A DNA stretch of 64,000 nt from an uncultured Verrucomicrobiae bacterium (lineage in GTDB: Bacteria; Verrucomicrobiota; Verrucomicrobiia; Chthoniobacterales; JAFAMB01): assembly GCA_963813025.1 (NCBI GenBank), contig CAWEXO010000014.1, positions 438,481 to 502,480 on the forward strand. Reading direction: 5' to 3'. The notes beneath the pieces were generated by a model. That model searched no databases. It was not told where the DNA came from and was given only the letters and a program-made list of their open reading frames with translations. The stretch's first letter is position 1; each line of letters opens with the position of its first letter. Position numbers and translations under genes: made by a program. This document shows positions 50,936 through 60,738 of the stretch, one piece after another.

Positions 50936-51667
50936 ATGCTCTATTATATACACATTCCAAAGACAGGAGGGACGTCGCTCCGATCTTTTCTAAGAAGTAC
51001 AATTTACGGCGACAAGTTGTGCGAAGTATATTCCGATATCGGATATTGGAATGCGGCAGAGTATCGGGAGAGCGTAAAAGATCGAGAAATATTTTACGGT
51101 CATTTTACTTTTGGATTCCATAAATTACTGAATGATAAAGCTCCATCCTATGTGACCGTTCTTCGAGATCCGGTTGCCCGGGTATTGTCACTTTACAAAC
51201 ATAATAAGTTTAACCCAGATGCTCGCTGGTATGCGATAATCAATCGGGAGAATCTCTCCGTTTGTGATTTTGTTGAATTGTGTTTAACCCATGGAACAAA
51301 CAATCATATGGTTCGAATATTGTCGGCGGATTATGGTCGGTTGACCCGAATCAAACATAAGGCTCTCAATTTCTACTCAACTTTCATGTCGAATAAAAAG
51401 ACTTTTCAAATTAAATCGCGCCGCGTGTTGCTGCAGGCGTACAGGAATATCGACCGTCATTTTCTTTTTACTGGAAGCACCGAACGTTTAAAGGACGTAG
51501 CAGCGTTTGTTGCGGATTTGCACGGGATCAAAATGGATAACATATCCATTCCGATTGAAAATATTTCGATTGCCGAGGGTTTGACGCTGGATCGGTCGAC
51601 CCGCATGGCAATTGAGAACAGCAATGAATTGGATCTGGAACTATACAACAGGATTTCTAGTTTCTAG
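50936..51667 (+). CDS. sulfotransferase family 2 domain protein
   Basis: HIPKTGGTS, GHF, LRDPVARVLSLY, NELDLELY; visibly AT-rich. Confidence 0.85.
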   Translation: MLYYIHIPKTGGTSLRSFLRSTIYGDKLCEVYSDIGYWNAAEYRESVKDREIFYGHFTFGFHKLLNDKAPSYVTVLRDPVARVLSLYKHNKFNPDARWYAIINRENLSVCDFVELCLTHGTNNHMVRILSADYGRLTRIKHKALNFYSTFMSNKKTFQIKSRRVLLQAYRNIDRHFLFTGSTERLKDVAAFVADLHGIKMDNISIPIENISIAEGLTLDRSTRMAIENSNELDLELYNRISSF

Positions 51668-52056
51668 TCGCAACGGATGGATAAAAGGAGGTGGCGTGAC
51701 GTGATTCGCGCAAACGCTACCGAAAGGAAGGAGAGTTTGCTCTGCCCGTGCTATTATCGGTGTCTCTTCAACGCCGACTTTCTGTTAGCCATTCTCCCCG
51801 GCAGGCACTGAATATCCGCACCAAAAGATGTCTTCGGGGTTGAACGGGCGATCTGGATTGTTAGATTGGCGAGTTTCTTATGCAGCGATTCTCTGACGGA
51901 GGCACGGAGTTAAGAAGCCTTCGTCTTTAATGGCTGATGTCTACACAATCTCAAAAGCAAAAAGAGCTTACCGAAATAATTGGCTAAATGCTTCTTTAGT
52001 AAGCGTCACGCCTAGCACCTCTGTTCGAGTGGGCGGAAATGTCGTAGGAGGATTGC

Positions 52057-52463
52057 ATGACATTTGCCGCGGAGGAACCCGAACAAATCTTAAGTCAGGA
52101 CGCGCAGGGTCGTGTGCTGGTGAGGCGGGAACGCCGTGAGTCGCTGTTGGCGGAGTACGATCGCAGCGGGATGAGCGGGGTAAAGTTTGCGCAGTACGTC
52201 GGGATCAAATACTCCACCCTGGCCTACTGGCTGCAGCGCCGGCGACAGAAGCAAAAGTCGTTGATAAAAGCTGGCGGGGACACAGAACCGGGCAAGCGCA
52301 ATGGAGCCTGGATTGAAGCGGTGGTTCAGCATTCTATGGGCCTCGCTTGCCGGCAGGAGCCTTAAAGATTTGCTTTGCTGGAGGGGCTTACTGTCAGATC
52401 AGCAGCGCAGGGGAAGCGGCTTTGGCTGCGGAGCTGCTTGGTCGGCTCGGCGCAAAGCGATGA
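52057..52463 (+). CDS. tnpA: IS66 accessory TnpA (frameshifted)
   Basis: SGMSGVKFAQYVGIKYSTLAYWL HTH. Confidence 0.75.
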
Positions 52464-52812
52464 TCAGCTTTAGCGGAAGCCTGCGGATCTTTTTGTTGGT
52501 GGAGCGCTGCGACATGCGCAAAGGCTACAATGGTCTTTCCGGGCTGGTGAGCAGCAGTTTTGGGGAGGATCCTCGCAGCGGAGCGCTCTACGTGTTTTGT
52601 AACCGGCGTCATACCCGGATCAAGGTGCTTTACTTTGACGGGACCGGGTTATGGGTTTTGAGCAAACGACTGGAACGGGCACCTTTAGTTGGCCCAAGCC
52701 GAGCCAGGTAGAAAGTTCGACCTTGAGGTTGAGTCCGGAAGCCTTCGCGATGCTCACCGATGGAGTGGACTTGCGCGGGGCCAAATTGCGTCCCTGGTAT
52801 GAACGGGAATAG
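52460..52812 (+). CDS. tnpB: IS66 accessory TnpB (frameshift near 52680)
   Basis: DMRKGYNGL, YVFCNRR..IKVLYFDGTGLW..KRLE. Confidence 0.85.
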
Positions 52813-52883
52813 CGGAAAAAACGCGATTTATTTTTGAAGAAAAAGGTCGCTATTTTCCAGGAGATTTGGCACTATAACTAACA

Positions 52884-54452
52884 GTGTCAGAAGACGTTAG
52901 ACTCCAGGAACTCATCGCGCAAAAAGACGTTCAGATCGGGCACCTCCAAGCCGAGAATGAGCGACAGAGTCAGGAGATCAAGCTGCTCAAGGAGAAGATC
53001 GATTTACTCATCCGACGCCTCTTTGGAGCCAAGAGCGAGAAGCTCGATGCGGCTCAACTGGAGTTGCTCCTCAAAGGGATCGACTCGGGAAAAGCCGACG
53101 CCTCCGCTGAAAAGGCGGAGGCTAGTCCCATCGTCGAAAGTTTAAAGCCGACCGCTAGGCGCGCCGACAAGAATCAACGCAGAGAACGCTGGCCAGAGGA
53201 TCTGGCGGTCGAACAAGAAGTCATCGAGCCTGAGGAAGTCAAAGACGATCGAGAGGCGTTCCGCTGTATCGGAGAAGAAGTCACCGAAATGCTCGACTAC
53301 CAGCCGGCGAAGTTTTTCCGACGCCAGATCATTCGCCGCAAGTTCGTGCGCCGAGATCAAGCTGAGGTGGCTCCCGTCATCGCTCCGTTGCCTGAAAGTC
53401 TGCAGCAGCGCTGCATTGCTGCACCAGGTTTACTGGCACAAGTGATCGTGAGTAAATATTGCGATCATCAACCGCTTTATCGCCAGGAACAGATTTACTG
53501 GGACCGACATCGGGTCTGGTTGCCGCGGCAGAGCATGGCCCGATGGATCCAACTAGCCAGTGAATGGTTAAAGCCAATCTACCGGCAGATCAAAGACCAG
53601 ATGATGAGCGGGCCTTACATCCAGGTGGATGAAACGCCGATCAGGTACCTTGATCCCGGCAGTGGAAAGACAGGCCTGGGTTATCTCTGGGTGGCGCATC
53701 GGCCGGGTGAGGATGTGCTCTTTCCAGTGGTACACCACTCGAGAGGCGAAGTGTCTGGATAAACTGATCCCGATGGACTTTAGCGGTACGATCCAATGTG
53801 ACGGCTATAGCGCCTACGATCACTTCGCCAGGCATCGCGCCACCGAGGGCAGGCCGGTACTGTTAGCCGGATGCTGGGCCCATGCGCGGCGTGGCTTTTA
53901 CGAAGCCCTCGATCATGCGCCCAAAGAAGCCAGTTGGATCCTGATCCAGATCAGTCATCTCTACGACATCGAAAGAAGATTACGCCGTCAACAGGCTGGC
54001 TCAGCGTTGCGAGATGCTTATCGCATCAGTCAGAGCATGTCCATTTGCAACCGGATCCATCGGGTCCTGCAACGGTGGTACATGACCAGGCGCTTCCTGC
54101 CAAAAAGCGCGATGGGTAAAGCCGTCAGCTATGCATTGGCCAATGGGAGTCACTGGAGGTTATCTCAAAGAACCCGGAATCGAGATCGACAATAATCTCG
54201 TTCCAGAATGCAATCCGCCCAACCGCTCTTGGAAAGAAGAACTGGTTATTTTTCGGTGACGCCGAGGCCGGCGAACGCAGCGCGATCATCTACTCGATCA
54301 TCGAAAGTTGCCGGCGTCACGGCATCGAAGCCCTACACTTATCTGCACGACGTTCTGCGGCGCTGCCATCCATGACCAATCGTCAGATTAAAGACATTGT
54401 TCCAAAAGCCTGGGCAGCCGCCAGGAGAAACACTGCACTTAGAGCAGCGTAA
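52884..54452 (+). pseudogene. tnpC: IS66 DDE transposase TnpC, several frameshifts
   Basis: FGAKSEK, SKYCDHQPLYRQE, QVDETP, QCDGYSAY, GCWAHARR, IDNN, GKKNWLFFG. Confidence 0.88.
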
Positions 54453-54739
54453 ACATTGTAAATGTCGTAACTCAAAACTTACGACGTTTACAGTTCCTTC
54501 CAGTCAATAGCTCACTGCAAGGCGCTTGGCGTGACGCTTACTTTTGCTCCACTGGCTGGTTTTTGATTCGACCGCCGACAAACGAGGATGCGCCCGTCCC
54601 CAATACACAACTTTTGACAATATCTCTAGCAAGGATGCCGCTGACTCAATCGGATGATCCGATTTTCTAAACGCCCACTCTCTTGAGGGCTCTTTGTGAT
54701 AATAACTCGGACCGGGCTAATCCGATAGCTCGGCAGGTA

Positions 54740-55866
54740 TCAATGATCGCGCGTCTCGCGTTCTGAGATCGCGGGTTGCTGCCGTGCCGGGTCAGTTGGT
54801 GCAATGTTCTCTCCCTGCGTTCCGAGCTTTATTCCTCCTGGCCTTCCAGCGCCAGTATCTCCCTGATTGCGTTTGACCTGATTGGCTCGGTCCTCTGGCC
54901 CGACTGGGGTGCCATCGCCGGTCGGCGCCCGGCTGAAGCGCAACATGCCCGTGAGGTGCAGCAGCTGTTTTTTACTGCCCAACACACCGCCCGGGAGGAA
55001 GAGAATCAACAGCATAAAGGCTAAGCCAATGATGGTGGTGTAGTGCTGAGTGTACTGGCCGGCTATGCTGGTGAGGAGAACCGTGATAAACGCTCCGATA
55101 ATGCCTCCTTCAATGGACGAAACTCCACCGGCTACGGCGGCCATTACCACCAGCATGATCTGCGAAAGGCCGGTAGTGGCTGGGGAGACGCCGCCGTAAT
55201 AGAAAACGCCAAGGACACCAGCTATGCCGGCAAGGGCACCCGAAATGACTAGCGCCATCAAACGGTGAAGCCGGACATTGTAGCCAAGCGCGCCCATCCG
55301 CACGGGATCATCTCGGATTCCTTGGAGGGCGAGTCCGAATGGAGAGCGCACAATCCTCCCCAGCATAACATAGCAGGCGACGAACACAGTCAGGACCACA
55401 TAAAAGAGGGGGTTGGTTTCAATGAGGGACCACCCGAAGATTGTGGGCCGCCGTATTCCCGAGAACCCATCCCATCCTCGAGTCACAGACGCCCACTGTA
55501 GAGCGACCCCGTACGAAAGCTGGGAAAGAGCGAGTGTCATCATCAAAAAGTAGATCCCTTTGGTTCGAATCGCGATCAGAGCGAACGCCATACTCAGCAT
55601 TGTTGCCCCTGCCACGGCGGCAGGTATCGCTAGTGTGAACGGCCAACCGTGGATCATCACCCCCACGCCTATCACATAACCCGCCATGGCAAAGAAAGAC
55701 ATCTGCGCAAGAGATACCATCCCTCCATAGCCCGCCAGCAGGATGAAACTCATGGCGACAAGGGCCAGTATCAGGCTTCTGCTCGAGAGTTGCACATAAT
55801 AACTGGGCAGCCAAACCGGGGCGCTAAGCGCCAACAGAGGAGTAGACCGAGCAGACTCCGTTTCAT
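54740..55866 (-). CDS. branched-chain amino acid-type ABC permease (LivM-like); apparent 1-bp deletion near 55836
   Basis: GYGGMVSLAQ, RTKGIYFLMMTLA, SPFGLALQGIRDD; upstream MKRSLLGLLL is out of frame. Confidence 0.88.
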
Positions 55867-55884
55867 AGAGGACTCTCGGTCATT

Positions 55885-56751
55885 TCATTGAGCCCTTCCG
55901 AAAAGACCTTGAGGGCGAAAGGCGAGCACCACGAGCAGCGTGCCACTCAAAAGGAAAATTGAGGCACCCGCCATGTATGTGCGCCCGAAGCTGTCAACCA
56001 GTCCGACGATAAGGGCACCAATGGCTGAACCGACTAGACTGCCCATACCCCCCATGATGACGACTACAAGGGCGTAGGTAAGAATGTCGAAGTCGGTGCC
56101 CGACCCGAAGGCCAGGTATGAGCCACCAATTGTACCGCTGAAACCAATGAGTAAGCCGCCGAGCACGAAGACGAACACGAAAAGCCGGTCTATATCGATG
56201 CCGAGAGCTGATACCATCGCTCGGTTGTCGACTCCTGCCCTTATAATGCGGCCGATTTGCGTTCCGTGAAGCAGGTACCATAAACCCGCGCCTACCACCA
56301 CGGCGACAAGGAGCACGAAAAGGCGGAAGCCGGGGTACTGTATAATTCCGAAATCCACAAGGGTTTTAAGTTGCTGAGGAGCTTTTAGGGTCATGGGAAG
56401 GCCTCCCCAGATCCACAGGCATAAGTCGCCGATCAAGAGCGCGCCGCCAAGGGTCAGTAATGTTTGGGGCAGGTCGCCCTCGACCCGCCGTACAAGCCAT
56501 TGCAAAGCTAGAGCGGCGATGCCTACGGAGAGGGTGCCAACGAGCACAGCCAGTACCCAATTGCCTGTCTGGCGCTGCACGCTGTAGCCGATATATGCTC
56601 CGAGCAGATAGAAGGCTCCATGGCTCATGTTAACTACCCGCATAAGCCCGAATATTAGCGTAAAACCACTGGCTATGACGAACAGCAGTCCGGCATAGCT
56701 AACACCATTCAGCAGCTGCAATAAAAATTGGTCCAACGCGAAACTCTGCAT
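55885..56751 (-). CDS. branched-chain amino acid-type ABC permease (LivH-like)
   Basis: QLLNGV, GFTLIFGLMRVVNMSHG, GGMGS, RPQGLFG. Confidence 0.92.
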   Translation of the reverse strand: MQSFALDQFLLQLLNGVSYAGLLFVIASGFTLIFGLMRVVNMSHGAFYLLGAYIGYSVQRQTGNWVLAVLVGTLSVGIAALALQWLVRRVEGDLPQTLLTLGGALLIGDLCLWIWGGLPMTLKAPQQLKTLVDFGIIQYPGFRLFVLLVAVVVGAGLWYLLHGTQIGRIIRAGVDNRAMVSALGIDIDRLFVFVFVLGGLLIGFSGTIGGSYLAFGSGTDFDILTYALVVVIMGGMGSLVGSAIGALIVGLVDSFGRTYMAGASIFLLSGTLLVVLAFRPQGLFGRAQ

Positions 56752-56998
56752 CCTGGGACCTCCACACTATCGGCATCCGTTCTGCCGTGGAACCCGTTAC
56801 ATAACCTTCCGCTAACGTACGCTCCAGCGCCAAAGCCACGGAGGAGGCGTCGTTGAATGGACCGCCGTGTGCGAGCACGTCCGCCCCGCCACTCGCGGCT
56901 CCTCGAGCTGAGAGGCCGCTACCCACCCCTGCCACGATAACCGGTGTGCCGTTCGCCACTGCGGCACGAAGGCGGCCCATCGTCTCTGCCTTATACAT
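56699..56998 (-). pseudogene. internally deleted TIM-barrel (PEP hydrolase-family) paralog
   Basis: N-terminal PVIVAGVGSGLSARGAASGGADVLA joined directly to C-terminal HGGPF..GYVTGSTAERMP. Confidence 0.75.
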
Positions 56999-58259
56999 TG
57001 GACACCTCCACCTTGCTCGGGTGAGACTCTTGCCACAAACGCAAAAACGTTTCAAAAGTTGAGTCCGCAAAATCTGGGTCGTTAATGTTGTAAGGGAGCT
57101 CGGTTACCGGTATATCAGGGCGCAGTTTTGACTTGATCGCCTGGAAAAGGGCGTCGTCGGCTTCGGCATCGATCCAGGGCCCGTCCGGGGGCTGCTCATA
57201 CTTGTCGAGCCCTTTGAGCGGCAATATTACTGCGACCGGGCCTGTGGCCATGCTCACCTTCTCCGCAAAGATTTTTCCTAATTCTGCGCTCTCTTCCCTG
57301 TTGGTGCGAACTGCACAAACATTAAGGTTGTGTACGATGCACTTGCGCCCAGGCCTGTCGTACTTTTCAGGAACAGTTTTCCTTGGGCCAAAGTTCAACA
57401 CTTCCAATGCACCCGGTACTACCACCTGAGGAATGCCTTTGCGTCCCGCTGCTTCTAAGCGATGCGGACCTGCGGGAAAGATCCCTCCGAGAAGCTCATC
57501 CACGAGTTCGCTCGTCGTGTAATCGATCACGCCATCGATAAGGTTCTCGTCGATCATCTCCTCCATGGCGCGCCCGCCCGATCCCGTCGCGTGAAACACA
57601 ACAGGATCAAACCCGGCTTTCTCCAAGTGTGCCACAATGCGAAGTACCCCTGGCGTGGTGATACCAAACATTGTAATGGCTATCAGTGGCCGGACTGCTA
57701 CCCGTGCAGCCAAAGGCACACCTCGCGCCATCCCGGCGGCAGCGGCCGCCGCATTCGAGAGAATCTTTCTAGATACGCGGTTTAGTCCCGCAATATCGGT
57801 TATCGAATACGCGATAGAAATGTCTCGCGTACCGACATATCCGCCCACATTACCCGAAGCCATGGTGGACACGAGCAGCTTGGGCACACCAATGGGAAGG
57901 CTGCGCATCGCGCCGCTTATTACGCTCGATCCGCCCGAGCCGGCCATCCCGAGCACGGTATCGCAGCGACCCTCGGCTAACAACCTGGAGAGGATCGCAC
58001 TCACGCCCCGCTCCATTGTGGCCAAAGCTACCGCTCGAGTATCGCTCCCCTCACGAGTGAAGCGCAGTTCTTGAAGACTCGCTCCACCTGCGCGAGCTAC
58101 CTCGTCAGCCGTAAAGTTGGGCGTGAATGGAGGTTCGCCCAGCACGCCGAAATCTACTACTACCGGAGTCACTCCGGATGCCTGGAGACAGGCCTTCACG
58201 AACCCGTACTCCGGCCCTTTCGTATCGAGCGATCCTACAAGCACGACTGTTGGGGTCAT
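56991..58259 (-). CDS. Tm-1-like ATP-binding domain protein (UPF0261)
   Basis: GSLDTKGPE, LPIGVPKLLVST, DIAGLN, TMFGITTP, FHATGSGGRAME, NINDPDF. Confidence 0.9.
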   Translation of the reverse strand: MTPTVVLVGSLDTKGPEYGFVKACLQASGVTPVVVDFGVLGEPPFTPNFTADEVARAGGASLQELRFTREGSDTRAVALATMERGVSAILSRLLAEGRCDTVLGMAGSGGSSVISGAMRSLPIGVPKLLVSTMASGNVGGYVGTRDISIAYSITDIAGLNRVSRKILSNAAAAAAGMARGVPLAARVAVRPLIAITMFGITTPGVLRIVAHLEKAGFDPVVFHATGSGGRAMEEMIDENLIDGVIDYTTSELVDELLGGIFPAGPHRLEAAGRKGIPQVVVPGALEVLNFGPRKTVPEKYDRPGRKCIVHNLNVCAVRTNREESAELGKIFAEKVSMATGPVAVILPLKGLDKYEQPPDGPWIDAEADDALFQAIKSKLRPDIPVTELPYNINDPDFADSTFETFLRLWQESHPSKVEVSNV

Positions 58260-58299
58260 TAGTCCTCCTCACCACAGGTTCCGACCTGAGCATGCGTCC

Positions 58300-59154
58300 T
58301 CATGAATCCGAACTGTTAGGGTCGGTTTTCAGCTTTAACGCGCCGAATTCTTCGATCACCGACCTGATCGCTTTCTCAACTGGCAACCGCTCAATACTGG
58401 AAGCGCCGAGATATCCATCCACTGTAGTTTTTACAAAGGCCACCTGCACGCTCTTCGGGTCTTCGAAAGGGCCGCCGTGGGCCACCATAATAACGTTTGG
58501 CTGAGCGATTCGAGCTGCCTGGACCATTACTTCGGTTTTTTTACAGGCCTCGTCCAGGCTCAAAGCCGTTTTGGCACCGATTAGGCCACCTACAGTCAGT
58601 CCCACGTGGGCACCAATGATGTCGGCACCGGCGTCGGCCATGGCCCGGCACTCTCCGGGAGTGAATGCGTAAGCTACGGTAAACACCCCTTTGTCATGGC
58701 ACTTGCGGATCAGCGTCACCTCTTCTGGGTAACCTAGGTGGGTCTCATCAATGTGCTTGCGAAAGCTACCGTCGTAGAGACCCGCAGTGGGTACATTGGT
58801 GATGCCGGAGAAGCCTAGGGCTATCATCTCGTCGATAAGTCGATCGATATTGCGATAGGGGTCTGCTGCGCCAATGCCGCCGACCACCGGGGTGTTTTCG
58901 ACCACTGGTAGGACCTGGCGGGCTAATTGCAAAGTGATGGCGTTTGAGTCGCCGTATGCCAGGTAACCGGCCAATGAACCGTGGCCGTCCATGCGGAACG
59001 GGCCGGTATTATACGCCATCAGGATATCGATGCCTGCTCTATCGGCAATTTTTGCGACCAAACCGGTACCAGCACCGCCCATGATGATAGGCTTGCGCAA
59101 GGCGATTTTGGCTTTGAGTCGTTGAAGGATCTGGTCGCGTGTAAACTGCCTCAT
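58300..59154 (-). CDS. TIM-barrel phosphoenolpyruvate hydrolase-family protein
   Basis: IMGGAGTGL, YNTGPFRMDGHGSLAGYLAYGDSN, AHVGLTVGG, HGGP, GASSIERLP. Confidence 0.9.
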   Translation of the reverse strand: MRQFTRDQILQRLKAKIALRKPIIMGGAGTGLVAKIADRAGIDILMAYNTGPFRMDGHGSLAGYLAYGDSNAITLQLARQVLPVVENTPVVGGIGAADPYRNIDRLIDEMIALGFSGITNVPTAGLYDGSFRKHIDETHLGYPEEVTLIRKCHDKGVFTVAYAFTPGECRAMADAGADIIGAHVGLTVGGLIGAKTALSLDEACKKTEVMVQAARIAQPNVIMVAHGGPFEDPKSVQVAFVKTTVDGYLGASSIERLPVEKAIRSVIEEFGALKLKTDPNSSDS

Positions 59155-59231
59155 TTTCTGCTCGTTTTTCTGTCGACGAACAAGCGGTTCAAGTGCCGCC
59201 TATTCCACGGATTTGGGCCAGAGCTGCCAAA

Positions 59232-59978
59232 TCAGCCGTGCACGCCTTCTTGCCGGGCTACTCCAAGGAGTTGTTCCCGGACCTTATCATTTCGCAGCAG
59301 CGATTCCCTACTGACCTTCTGTACCGTCTTGCCTGCAATCATTACGTAAATATCATCCTCGACTAGGGAAACAGCTGTGTGAAGGTTTTGCTCAATCAGG
59401 AGAAGGCTAATGCCCGACTCTACTAGCGCCCGCAGGTTTGATATGAGGCCTTGCAGCGTCACCGGAGCCAAGCCCTCTGACGGCTCGTCCATAATGAGCA
59501 TCACTGGGTTGGTGACGAGTGCTCTGCCTATTGCAAGCATTTGCTGCTCACCACCCGATAAAGAGGCCGCGCCCTGTCTTGCTCGTTCTTTGAGCCGGGG
59601 AAACGTAGCGTAGACCCGGTTGACGGTCCATGAGTTCCCTGTTCGAGTTCGAACGGCCATTCGCAGATGCTCATCAACCGAAAGAGAAGGGAAGATGGCT
59701 CTCCCCTGAGGCACGTATCCCACGCCACGCCGGGCGATCTGGTACGGTTTGAGATTCGTAATGTCCTCGCCGCAAAACTGAATTGAACCGGCCCTAACAG
59801 AAACCAAGCCCATGATAGCCTTGATCAAAGTGGTTTTCCCCATCCCGTTGCGACCGATGATCCCCGTAACGCCGGAGGGCAGGCTCAGGGAAACGCCCTG
59901 AAGGACATGGCTTGGACCGTAGTAGACGTGCACGTCGTCGACGCAAAGCAATACAGTAGCGCCGCCAGGATCAGCCAT
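59232..59978 (-). CDS. ABC ATP-binding protein (LivF-like)
   Basis: GRNGMGKTT, LSGGEQQMLAIGRAL, DEPSEGLAP. Confidence 0.92.
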   Translation of the reverse strand: MADPGGATVLLCVDDVHVYYGPSHVLQGVSLSLPSGVTGIIGRNGMGKTTLIKAIMGLVSVRAGSIQFCGEDITNLKPYQIARRGVGYVPQGRAIFPSLSVDEHLRMAVRTRTGNSWTVNRVYATFPRLKERARQGAASLSGGEQQMLAIGRALVTNPVMLIMDEPSEGLAPVTLQGLISNLRALVESGISLLLIEQNLHTAVSLVEDDIYVMIAGKTVQKVSRESLLRNDKVREQLLGVARQEGVHG

Positions 59979-60720
59979 GAAGCGCGCCTCCAAGATAGAC
60001 TGTTTGGACCTGGCTGTCTGAAGTGATCTCGGTGGGAGAGCCTTCGGCTATCACCCGGCCCTCGTGCAACACGGTAACGCGGTCAGATACGCTGAGAGCG
60101 ACGTCCATATCGTGCTCGATAAGCAGCAGTGTGATCTCTCGGGATAAGGCTTTCAATAGCTTCACCAGTACTTTGCGCTCTTCCGGGGAGAGGCCAGATG
60201 CCGGTTCATCAAGCATTACCATTCTAGGTTCCCAAGCAATCGCCAGGCCGAACTCAAGCTGCCGCTGCTCACCATGAGAGAGATGGCCGGCCGCGGTCGA
60301 AAGCTTACTGGTTAAACCGACAGCCTCTGCGATTTCGCGCACCCTGGCCATCCCCTCCATGTCCCGGCTCGCCAGCTTGAACATGTTCAAGTGGCCTTTG
60401 CGAGGACCGGAGACTCCAAGATAGAGGTTCTCTCCGACCGTCAGAGCGTTGAACAGTGCCGAAGTCTGATAAGTGCGGCGAAGGCCAAGCATCACCCGCC
60501 TGTGAACGGGCATATGAGTAACGTCTTTGCCCATCAGGGTAATGCGGCCGCTCGTGGCCGGCAAGTCCCCGGAGATAATGTTAAAAAGGGTGGTCTTGCC
60601 GGCACCATTAGGCCCGATGAGTGCCCGGCGCTCGCTGAGCGCAATGTCCATATCGACGTCGCGCACAGCTCGAAGTCCTCCGAATCGTTTGGACACCTGG
60701 CGCAAGCTCAGTGAATTCAT
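59971..60720 (-). CDS. ABC ATP-binding protein (LivG-like)
   Basis: GPNGAGKTT, LSHGEQR, LDEPASG, IEHDMD. Confidence 0.92.
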   Translation of the reverse strand: MNSLSLRQVSKRFGGLRAVRDVDMDIALSERRALIGPNGAGKTTLFNIISGDLPATSGRITLMGKDVTHMPVHRRVMLGLRRTYQTSALFNALTVGENLYLGVSGPRKGHLNMFKLASRDMEGMARVREIAEAVGLTSKLSTAAGHLSHGEQRQLEFGLAIAWEPRMVMLDEPASGLSPEERKVLVKLLKALSREITLLLIEHDMDVALSVSDRVTVLHEGRVIAEGSPTEITSDSQVQTVYLGGALHG

Positions 60721-60738
60721 CCGTTCCGCTCTTGGCTA

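Larger units (their letters stand above)
51999..54541 (+). mobile_element. IS66-family insertion sequence (tnpA-tnpB-tnpC)
   Basis: IRL GTAAGCGTCACGCCTAGCACCT and IRR reverse complement GTAAGCGTCACGCCAAGCGCCT (20/22); no flanking 8-bp duplication. Confidence 0.92.

Noticed and set aside
52460..52812. IS66 tnpB as an RNA-guided TnpB nuclease
   Set aside because: Same name only; this is the short IS66 accessory protein with no RuvC domain
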